From contig DATJJE010000078.1 of assembly GCA_035492455.1 (NCBI GenBank), forward strand, positions 3,556 to 67,555: DNA of 64,000 nt, given 5' to 3'. Positions 57,172-64,000 of this stretch are shown here, piece by piece. How positions within the stretch are numbered: position 1 is the stretch's first letter; every line of letters starts with the position of its first letter. Below the pieces are notes generated by a model that searched no databases, was not told the DNA's origin, and worked only from the letters and a program-made list of their open reading frames with translations. A program made the position numbers and the translations under genes. Source of the stretch: Vicinamibacterales bacterium. GTDB lineage: Bacteria; Acidobacteriota; Vicinamibacteria; Vicinamibacterales; UBA2999.

Positions 57172-58190
57172 TGATGCACCCGCGGAAGTTGGCAGTTGGA
57201 AGGTGGGCGTTGGCAGTTTGCGTCGCGCTGGCGGCCTGCAACCGCGCCGAACAACCAGACGCATATGGCAACGTCGAAGCAACCGAAGTCATTGTCTCGT
57301 CGGAAGTGGGCGGACAGCTGACGACGTTTGCCGTCGAAGAAGGGCAGATGCTCGCAGCCGGCGAAAAGGCGGCGACCGTCGATCCAACACAGCTGACGTT
57401 GCAGCGCGACCAGGCCGCCGCACAGCGTGAGACGGCAGCGTCGCGCGCCGGCGAGATCAACAGCCAGGTGCAAGCGTTGACCGCGCAGCGCGAGGCGCTG
57501 GAGGCACAGCGGCAATCGTCCATCGCGCAGCGAAGCGCGCTGCAGGCGCAGCTGGAGATTGCGCAGCGCAACCTGGAGCGCACTCAGCGCCTCTCTGCGG
57601 CGCAGGCGGCGACCACGCAGCAGCTCGATCAGGCCGAGCGCGACGCGCGCGTGCTGCAGGAGCAAATCAAAGCGCAGGACCAACAGATCGCGGCGCAGGC
57701 CCGGCAGGTCGCCGCTCAGAACGCGCAGGTCGCGGCGGCACAGCAGCAGCACCGCACAGCGCAAACGCAGATTGCTGCCGCCGATGCGCAGGTGGCACAG
57801 CTCGACGACCGCATCCGCCGCACCGCGGTCACCAATCCAAGTGCCGGGACCGTGCTCGTCACCTACGTGAAGCGCGGCGAGATCGTGCAGGTCGGCCAGC
57901 CGCTCTACAAGATTGCCGACATGGGCGCCGTGGACGTGCGTGCTTATGTCACCGAGCCGCAGCTGGCGGACGTGAAGATCGGCAAGCAGGCGCGCGTCAC
58001 GCTTGACGCCGGCGACAATCACCCGACGCTGAGCGGAACGGTGTCGTGGGTGTCGGCGCAGGCCGAGTTCACGCCCACACCGATCCAGACGCGCGATGAG
58101 CGCGCGGATCTCGTCTACGCGGTCAAGATTCGCGTCGCCAACCAGAACGGTGTGCTGAAGGTCGGCATGCCGGTGGACGTGGATTTCTGA
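57168..58190 (+). CDS. HlyD-family membrane-fusion protein
   Basis: Lipobox-like ALAVCVALAAC, biotinyl-like lipoyl motif, long Gln/Ala coiled coil, and C-terminal beta-barrel (...PVDVDF). Confidence 0.9.
   Translation: MMMHPRKLAVGRWALAVCVALAACNRAEQPDAYGNVEATEVIVSSEVGGQLTTFAVEEGQMLAAGEKAATVDPTQLTLQRDQAAAQRETAASRAGEINSQVQALTAQREALEAQRQSSIAQRSALQAQLEIAQRNLERTQRLSAAQAATTQQLDQAERDARVLQEQIKAQDQQIAAQARQVAAQNAQVAAAQQQHRTAQTQIAAADAQVAQLDDRIRRTAVTNPSAGTVLVTYVKRGEIVQVGQPLYKIADMGAVDVRAYVTEPQLADVKIGKQARVTLDAGDNHPTLSGTVSWVSAQAEFTPTPIQTRDERADLVYAVKIRVANQNGVLKVGMPVDVDF
57188..57222. repeat. 5x heptamer array GTTGGCA GTTGGAA GGTGGGC GTTGGCA GTTTGCG
   Basis: Encodes LAVGRWALAVC of the HlyD signal/lipobox region, just after the TolC/HlyD overlap. 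Confidence 0.85.
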
Positions 58191-59149
58191 TGGACGCGAT
58201 CAAAGCAGAAGCGCTCGAGAAACGATTCGCGACGACCGTCGCCCTCGACAAGGTGTCGTTCACGATCGACCAAGGCGAGCTGTTCGGCTTCATCGGCCCC
58301 GACGGCGGAGGTAAGACGACACTGTTTCGCATTCTCGTCTCGCTGCTCACGCCCGACGCGGGTCGAGCGCAGGTGCTCGGTTTCGACGTCGTCCGCGACT
58401 ATCGTGCGCTGCGCCTGCGCGTCGGCTACATGGCCGGCCGCTTTTCGCTCTATCCGGATCTGAGCGTCGAGGAAAACCTCACCTTTTTCGCGTCCGTTTT
58501 CGGCACGACTGTCGAGCGCGAGTACGCGCAGATCGAGCCGATTTACGCGCAGCTCGAACCATTCCGCAACCGCCACGCGGGCGCGCTCTCCGGCGGCATG
58601 AAACAGAAGCTCGCGCTCTGCTGCGCGCTCGTGCATCGGCCCGACGTGCTCTTTCTCGACGAGCCGACGACCGGCGTGGACGCCGTCTCGCGCCGCGAGT
58701 TCTGGGATCTCCTCGGCGTGCTCAAACAAGGGGGCCTCACGACCGTCGTGTCGACGCCGTACATGGACGAGGCGACGCGCTGCGATCGCGTGGCGTTGAT
58801 GCATCGCGGGAAGCTGCTCGGCCTCGATGCGCCGTCCGGCATCATTGCCGCATTCGATCGGCCGCTGCTCGGAGTGCACGCGGCGCAGCGCTACAAGGCG
58901 CTGCTCGCGCTGCGCACGTACGAGCACGCCCAGAGCGCCTACCCGTTCGGCGACGTCCTCCACTACACAGACGCGCGAACGGATCTGCCCGCCGAGGCGA
59001 TTGGAGCGGACATCAAGCGATTCCTCGACGCGAGTGGTTTCAGCGACGCCTCGGTTGAACCGTTGACCCCCACGGTCGAAGACAGCTTCATCGCCCGCAC
59101 CGAATCGGATCCTGGATCCCGGACCCCGGATCCCGGGAGACTTCAGTGA
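58190..59149 (+). CDS. ABC transporter ATP-binding protein (YbhF-like, first ATPase)
   Basis: Walker A GPDGGGKTT, signature LSGGMKQKL, Walker B LFLDEPT. Confidence 0.93.
   Translation: MDAIKAEALEKRFATTVALDKVSFTIDQGELFGFIGPDGGGKTTLFRILVSLLTPDAGRAQVLGFDVVRDYRALRLRVGYMAGRFSLYPDLSVEENLTFFASVFGTTVEREYAQIEPIYAQLEPFRNRHAGALSGGMKQKLALCCALVHRPDVLFLDEPTTGVDAVSRREFWDLLGVLKQGGLTTVVSTPYMDEATRCDRVALMHRGKLLGLDAPSGIIAAFDRPLLGVHAAQRYKALLALRTYEHAQSAYPFGDVLHYTDARTDLPAEAIGADIKRFLDASGFSDASVEPLTPTVEDSFIARTESDPGSRTPDPGRLQ
59107..59134. repeat. 4x heptamer array GGATCCT GGATCCC GGACCCC GGATCCC
   Basis: Encodes the C-terminal tail DPGSRTPDPG of the first ABC ATPase, 12 nt before the GTG of the second. Confidence 0.88.
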
Positions 59150-59925
59150 GCGACCTCGCCATCCAGGTGAAGGACCTGACGCGCCGCTTCGGCGACTTCA
59201 TCGCCGTCGATCGCATCTCGTTCGAGGTGAAAGAGGGCGAGGTGTTCGGATTTCTCGGCGCGAACGGGGCGGGAAAGACGACCGCGATTCGCATGCTCAT
59301 TGGCTTGCTGCAGCCGACCGGCGGTAGCGCTCGCGTCGCGGGATACGACGTCGCTACGCAGGCCGAGCAGGTGAAGCGCAGCATCGGCTACATGAGCCAG
59401 CGCTTCTCGCTCTACGAAGACCTGACGCCGCGCGAGAACATCCGCCTCTACGGCGGCATCTACGGACTGACGCGCGAGCAGATTCGTACCCGCACGGCGC
59501 AGATGCTCGACCGTCTTGGTATCTCGAGCGTCGCCGACACCGCCGTGCGCAGTCTGCCGCTCGGCTGGCGGCAGAAGCTGGCGTTCTCCGTGGCCCTGGT
59601 CCACCAGCCGCGCATCGTCTTTCTCGACGAGCCGACCAGCGGCGTCGATCCCATCACGCGCCGCCAGTTCTGGGAGCTGATTTACGACGCCGCCGCGAAC
59701 GGCACGACCGTACTCGTGACCACGCATTACATGGATGAAGCGGAGTACTGCGATCGCATTTCGATCATGGTGGCAGGACGCATTGCTGCGATGGGCGCGC
59801 CCATGCAGTTGAAACGCGACAGTCAAGTCGCCTCGATCGACGAGCTGTTCGTACAACTCGCGCGTCCCGACGGTCCCACTCGGCCCACCCGCCCCTCCAG
59901 CCCTTCCGGCGAGGGATCGCGATGA
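59146..59925 (+). CDS. ABC transporter ATP-binding protein (second ATPase)
   Basis: Walker A GANGAGKTT, signature variant LPLGWRQKL, Walker B VFLDEPT. GTGA overlap. Confidence 0.93.
   Translation: MSDLAIQVKDLTRRFGDFIAVDRISFEVKEGEVFGFLGANGAGKTTAIRMLIGLLQPTGGSARVAGYDVATQAEQVKRSIGYMSQRFSLYEDLTPRENIRLYGGIYGLTREQIRTRTAQMLDRLGISSVADTAVRSLPLGWRQKLAFSVALVHQPRIVFLDEPTSGVDPITRRQFWELIYDAAANGTTVLVTTHYMDEAEYCDRISIMVAGRIAAMGAPMQLKRDSQVASIDELFVQLARPDGPTRPTRPSSPSGEGSR
59877..59912. repeat. 4x 9-nt array CCCACTCGG CCCACCCGC CCCTCCAGC CCTTCCGGC (C-run rich)
   Basis: Encodes PTR PTR PSS PSG in the tail of the second ABC ATPase. Confidence 0.8.
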
Positions 59926-61034
59926 CCGCCCTGGGCGGTCTTCTTCGTAAGGAATGGTTCCACATCCGGCGCGATCGCCGCACCGCTACGGTGTTGATTG
60001 CGCTGCCTGTCGTGCAGGTGCTGCTCTTCGGCTATGCCATTCGTACCGACGTGGACAACGTGCGGCTTGCGGTGGTCGATCCGGCGCCGGATGCGCAGAC
60101 GATCTCGCTGCGCAACCGCTTCGCCGCGGCCGACGTGTTCCGCACCGTCGCCGTCGTGCCGCGCATCACCGACCTGGATCCGCTGTTCGAATCGGGCGCC
60201 GCGCAGCAGGCGATCGTCTTCTATCCGGGGTTCAGCCGCGACCTCGGCAGAGGTGAACCGGCGAAGCTGCTGATCATCACCGACGCCACCGAGCCGAACA
60301 CTGGCAGCCTGCTGCAGTCGTACGCGCAGGCTGTCGTGAATCAGTGGGTGGGTGGGGCGAGTAGGGCTGGTGGGGCTGGTGGGGGCGTCCGCATCGTTCC
60401 GCAGGTGCGGATGCGTTTCAACCCGACGCGCGAGAGCAAGAACCTGTTCGTGCCGGGCCTGATGGCATTTGTGCTGACGATCATCTCGTCGATGATGACC
60501 GCCATCTCGCTCACGCGCGAGAAAGAGACCGGCACGATGGAGGCGCTGCTTGTCTCGCCGCTGCGTCCATGGCAGATCATCGTCGGCAAGGTCACGCCCT
60601 ACCTGGCGATCGGCTTCGTCAGCGTGGTCCTCGTCATCGTCGAAGCCTTGCTCGTCTTCCATGTGCCGCTGCGCGGCAGCGTCCCGCTGTTGCTCGTCGA
60701 GGGCGCGCTCTACATCCTCGTGTCGCTCTCGCTCGGCATCCTGATCTCGGCGCGCACCTCGTCGCAGCGTGTCGCCATGATGTTCGCGCTGCTCGGCACG
60801 ATGCTTCCCAACATCCTCCTCTCCGGCTTCATCTTCCCGCTCGAGAGCATGCCCTCGGCGCTGCAGGCCATTTCCTACGTGGTGCCGGGGCGCTGGTTCG
60901 TCACCATCGCGCGCGGCATCATGCTGAAGGGGATCGGCTTCGAATACGTCTGGCGCGAAACGCTGTTCCTGGCGGCCATGGCGGCGGTGCTGCTAGCGGC
61001 CAGCGTCCGCTCCTTCAACGAGCGGCTGGAGTAG
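59922..61034 (+). CDS. ABC-2 type transporter permease (YbhS-like)
   Basis: N-terminal transmembrane segment, large loop, then 5 transmembrane segments; EKETGTMEALLVSPLRPWQII motif. Confidence 0.9.
   Translation: MTALGGLLRKEWFHIRRDRRTATVLIALPVVQVLLFGYAIRTDVDNVRLAVVDPAPDAQTISLRNRFAAADVFRTVAVVPRITDLDPLFESGAAQQAIVFYPGFSRDLGRGEPAKLLIITDATEPNTGSLLQSYAQAVVNQWVGGASRAGGAGGGVRIVPQVRMRFNPTRESKNLFVPGLMAFVLTIISSMMTAISLTREKETGTMEALLVSPLRPWQIIVGKVTPYLAIGFVSVVLVIVEALLVFHVPLRGSVPLLLVEGALYILVSLSLGILISARTSSQRVAMMFALLGTMLPNILLSGFIFPLESMPSALQAISYVVPGRWFVTIARGIMLKGIGFEYVWRETLFLAAMAAVLLAASVRSFNERLE
60344..60388. repeat. G-run-rich 9-nt array (GTGGGTGGG TGGGGCGAG TAGGGCTGG TGGGGCTGG TGGGGGCGT), G-quadruplex-type motif
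   Basis: Six runs of 3 or more G within 40 nt on the coding strand. Encodes WVGGASRAGGAGGG in the permease loop. Confidence 0.8.
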
Positions 61035-61036
61035 AC

Positions 61037-62164
61037 ATGCGGCGCATCCTGTATCTCGCGCAGGCCGAAGTGCTGCACATCCTTCGCGACCACATCCTGC
61101 TGGCGCAGGTGCTGGTCGTCCCCGTCGTGCAGCTTCTGGTGCTGACAAACGCCGCCACCTTCGAGATCCGCAACACGCCGATTCACATTGTCGATCTCGA
61201 TCGCTCTCCCGCCTCGCGCGGTGTCGTCAATCGGCTGGCGGCCAACGGTCATTTCGACATCGTCGATACCACACCGTCGGTCGACGTCGGTGACGACCAT
61301 CTGCTGCGCGGTACGGCAACGATGATCGTCGTCATTCCCCGGCACTTCGAGGAATCGATCGTGCGCACCGGCGTCGGGCAAGTGCAGCTTTCGGTCAATG
61401 CGGAAAAGGGATCGGCGGCGGGGATCGTTCAGTCGTATGCGACGCAGGTGTTGACGGATTACGCTGCTTCGCTTCGGCCTGTAGACAACGAATCCCGCAT
61501 CGCGGATGCCGGATCCCGACCGCGCATCGAGGTACAGGCGCGCAGCAGATACAACCCGACGCAGAACTACAAGCACTACATGGTTCCGGGCATTCTCGTC
61601 GCGCTGATGACCATCATCGGCACGCTGCTGAGCGCGCAGAACATCGCGCGCGAGAAGGAGCTCGGCACGCTCGAGCAGCTGAACGTGACGCCGATCACGA
61701 GAGGGCAGTTCATCATCGCCAAGCTGCTGCCGTTCTGGGTGCTGGGACTCATAGAGCTGTCGCTCGGTCTTCTCGTCGGCAAGCTCGTATTCGGCATCCC
61801 GATGGTCGGCAACCTTGCGCTGCTGTACTGCGTTGCGGCTGTCTATCTGGCGGTTGCCGCCGGCATCGGCCTGTGGATCTCCGCCATCGTGGACACCCAG
61901 CAGCAGGCGATGTTTGTCACCTTCTTCATCGTCAACATCTACCTGCTGATGAGTGGCCTGTTCACGCCCATCGACAGCATGGCGCCGTGGGTGCAGAAGG
62001 TCACGATGATCAACCCGGTGCGTCACTTCGTGACGATTTCGCGGGCGATTCTGATGAAGGGCGCGGGGCCGGCCGAAATCGCGCAGCCGTTCCTGATTCT
62101 GCTCGGCACGGCGGCCGTCGTTCTCGTCGTCGCCGTCGGTCAATACCGCAAGCGAGCGGCGTAG
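61037..62164 (+). CDS. ABC-2 type transporter permease (YbhR-like)
   Basis: ATG at 61037. EKELGTLEQLNVTPITRGQFI motif and the same topology as the preceding permease. Confidence 0.9.
   Translation: MRRILYLAQAEVLHILRDHILLAQVLVVPVVQLLVLTNAATFEIRNTPIHIVDLDRSPASRGVVNRLAANGHFDIVDTTPSVDVGDDHLLRGTATMIVVIPRHFEESIVRTGVGQVQLSVNAEKGSAAGIVQSYATQVLTDYAASLRPVDNESRIADAGSRPRIEVQARSRYNPTQNYKHYMVPGILVALMTIIGTLLSAQNIAREKELGTLEQLNVTPITRGQFIIAKLLPFWVLGLIELSLGLLVGKLVFGIPMVGNLALLYCVAAVYLAVAAGIGLWISAIVDTQQQAMFVTFFIVNIYLLMSGLFTPIDSMAPWVQKVTMINPVRHFVTISRAILMKGAGPAEIAQPFLILLGTAAVVLVVAVGQYRKRAA
61491..61518. repeat. 4x heptamer array AATCCCG CATCGCG GATGCCG GATCCCG
   Basis: Lies in the periplasmic-loop codons of the second ABC-2 permease (ESRIADAGSR) and shares GGATCCCG with the array at 59107. 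Confidence 0.78.
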
Positions 62165-62174
62165 AATACGCCGC

Positions 62175-63833
62175 ATGAAAATACGCCTGCTGCTTGGAAC
62201 GCTGCTCGTCGTGTGTGCCGCCTCGCTGCTGGCGCAGACGACAGGGGAGCTCGTCAACGACGGGAAAAACACCGACAACGTGACGACGCAGAGCATGGGC
62301 TATGCGCGTCAAAGCTACAGTGCGCTGAAGCAAATCAACCCGTCCAACGTGAAGCGCCTCGTGCCCGTCTGGAACACGAGCGTGATGAACGACATGGGCG
62401 AGCTGGCAGCGCCCACGGTCTATAACGGCGTGATGTACGTGATTAACGGCAAGTGGACGTTCGCGCTGGACGTGGCGAATGGCAGGCAGATCTGGCGCAC
62501 GCCGGTGGTGCTCGAGCAGGGCACCGTGGGAGCGCCGATCACACGCGGAGCTGCGACGATTTACAACGGCAAGGTGTTCCGCGTCACCTACGACAATCAT
62601 CTGGTCGCCCTCGACATGAAGACGGGCAAGGAGCTGTGGAACCAGAAGTTCGCGGACAAGAAGGATGGCTACTACGCCACCGGCGCGCCGATTGTCGCCA
62701 ACGGCGTGCTGATCTCCGGCATGGCCGGCGGCGAGCGGACGACGCGCGGATTCCTTGACGGTTGGGATCCTGACACAGGGAAGAAGTTGTGGCGCCGCTA
62801 CACGATTCCTGCGCCGGGCGAACCTGGATCGGAGACGTGGCCGAAGAACAGCGACGCGTGGATGTACGGCGGCGGTCCCACGTGGCGCTCGGGCTCCTAC
62901 GATCCGCAGCTCGATCTCGTTTACTGGGGCACGGGCAACGCGGAGCCGTACGATCCGCATCCGCGTGAAGGGCTGGACAGCCTGTTCACATCGAGCGTGC
63001 TCGCGATTCGGCCGAAGACCGGCGAGATCGCGTGCTACTACCAGTTCACGCCAAACGACGTGTACGACGTGGACGGCACCGATGAACTGCTGCTCGCTGA
63101 TCTGCAGGTGAACGGGCAGGCGCGCAAGGTGATGATCCAGGCGAACAAGAATGGATTTCTCTACGTCATCGATCGCACCAACTGCGCCCTCATCGCGGCG
63201 AATCCGCTGGTGAAGGTCAACTGGGCGTCGCGGGTCGATCTCGAAACCGGTCGTCCCGTGCTCACCGATGTCTACAAGAAGTTCTTCGACGGCGAGGAAG
63301 TCGAGATCTGGCCGTCGCGCGGCACCAACGCGGTTCCCATTGCGTTCAGTCCGGCGACGGGTCTCATTTACGCGAGCACCTGGGATGTGCCGCGCATCCA
63401 GAAAATTGCGTCGAACAGGAAAGAGCAGGTGCTCGGTGCCGATTCGACTGGCGTGACCGCACGCGTGCCCGACGCGCGTCCAGGTGATGTGATGGGACAC
63501 TTCACGGCGATCAACCCGCTGACGGGTCAGAAGAAGTGGGAGATGCCGCTCGTCGATCTGCCGGGCTCGGCGGGAATGCTCGCCACCGGCGGCGGCCTCA
63601 TCTTCACAGGGAAGCTCACCGGCGAGTTCGTAGCGCTTGATGCAGCGACCGGCAAACAGCTGTGGCAATTCCAGACGGGCTCGAGCATCAACTCGACGGC
63701 CATCACGTATACATACAAAGGGCAGCAGTTCGTCACCATCGCATCGGGCCGAGGCGGCGTGTTGGCGAATCGCTATGCTGCGGAAAAGATTCCTTCCGGC
63801 GGCTCGATTTGGACGTTTGCCCTGCAACCGTAA
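62175..63833 (+). CDS. PQQ-dependent dehydrogenase (methanol/ethanol family, 8-bladed propeller)
   Basis: Signal peptide. GGERTTRGFLDGWDPDTGKKLW, YWGTGNAEPYDP, and TPNDVYDVDG with the catalytic Asp region. Confidence 0.9.
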   Translation: MKIRLLLGTLLVVCAASLLAQTTGELVNDGKNTDNVTTQSMGYARQSYSALKQINPSNVKRLVPVWNTSVMNDMGELAAPTVYNGVMYVINGKWTFALDVANGRQIWRTPVVLEQGTVGAPITRGAATIYNGKVFRVTYDNHLVALDMKTGKELWNQKFADKKDGYYATGAPIVANGVLISGMAGGERTTRGFLDGWDPDTGKKLWRRYTIPAPGEPGSETWPKNSDAWMYGGGPTWRSGSYDPQLDLVYWGTGNAEPYDPHPREGLDSLFTSSVLAIRPKTGEIACYYQFTPNDVYDVDGTDELLLADLQVNGQARKVMIQANKNGFLYVIDRTNCALIAANPLVKVNWASRVDLETGRPVLTDVYKKFFDGEEVEIWPSRGTNAVPIAFSPATGLIYASTWDVPRIQKIASNRKEQVLGADSTGVTARVPDARPGDVMGHFTAINPLTGQKKWEMPLVDLPGSAGMLATGGGLIFTGKLTGEFVALDAATGKQLWQFQTGSSINSTAITYTYKGQQFVTIASGRGGVLANRYAAEKIPSGGSIWTFALQP

Positions 63834-63895
63834 ACGACGACCCGTCGCATGCGGGTCTGCAGATGCTGACTTTGATCGGCCCTCTTTCATGTGAA

Positions 63896-63923
63896 CCGCG
63901 CTACCCACCAGTCGGTAGCGCGG
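63896..63923 (+). terminator. hairpin CCGCGCTACC-8-GGTAGCGCGG downstream of the PQQ dehydrogenase gene
   Basis: 10-bp perfect stem 63 nt after the stop, followed by ...CTGCTGTTTAT. Confidence 0.4.
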
Positions 63924-64000
63924 AGCCCTGCTGTTTATGCCTGAACAAGTTGATTGCTCAGGCTGCCTGATGAATTCACCAATTGTTTCGAGAAACAGGC

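Overview
This is a visibly GC-rich bacterial chromosomal segment (roughly two-thirds G+C by eye, not computed). It is densely coding, with about 59 protein genes. I recognised no rRNA, tRNA, CRISPR, transposase, phage or defence genes. Most content is housekeeping: lysA-tmk; comF-rsfS-nadD-obg-rpmA-rplU on the minus strand; dprA-topA-trmFO-xerC; two M16 peptidases; hslVU; transaldolase plus a three-subunit acyl-CoA carboxylase; and tamB-bamA with a SurA-like gene. Regulatory and accessory modules are: three sigma-54 enhancer-binding proteins (two paired with histidine kinases, one GAF-type); an ECF sigma/anti-sigma pair; an HTH-REC regulator translationally coupled to an ABC-F ATPase; a B12-radical-SAM/DegT/DedA cassette; a TetR-TolC-HlyD-ABC efflux operon (2 ATPases, 2 permeases); and a PQQ dehydrogenase with a lanthanide-type D-x-D signature. 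The gene content (PEGA, DUF4136, many sigma-54 activators) suggests an Acidobacteriota-like soil bacterium, but that is inference only. I found no convincing novel protein-encoded system such as a defence island. The most unusual signals are non-genic. (i) About a dozen short arrays of roughly four degenerate tandem heptamers (some with 9- or 15-nt periods) sit at gene junctions, signal-peptide codons, loops and C-terminal tails; each array has its own unit, and several are paired with a reverse-complement array. (ii) A 68-nt perfect palindrome lies in frame inside trmFO. (iii) One consensus sigma-54 promoter with an upstream inverted repeat, plus several near-consensus -24/-12 elements. (iv) A dispersed CCACAGAGG/CACGAAG spacer repeat family. 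Start codons of several genes are uncertain, and long antisense ORFs are treated as GC artefacts.
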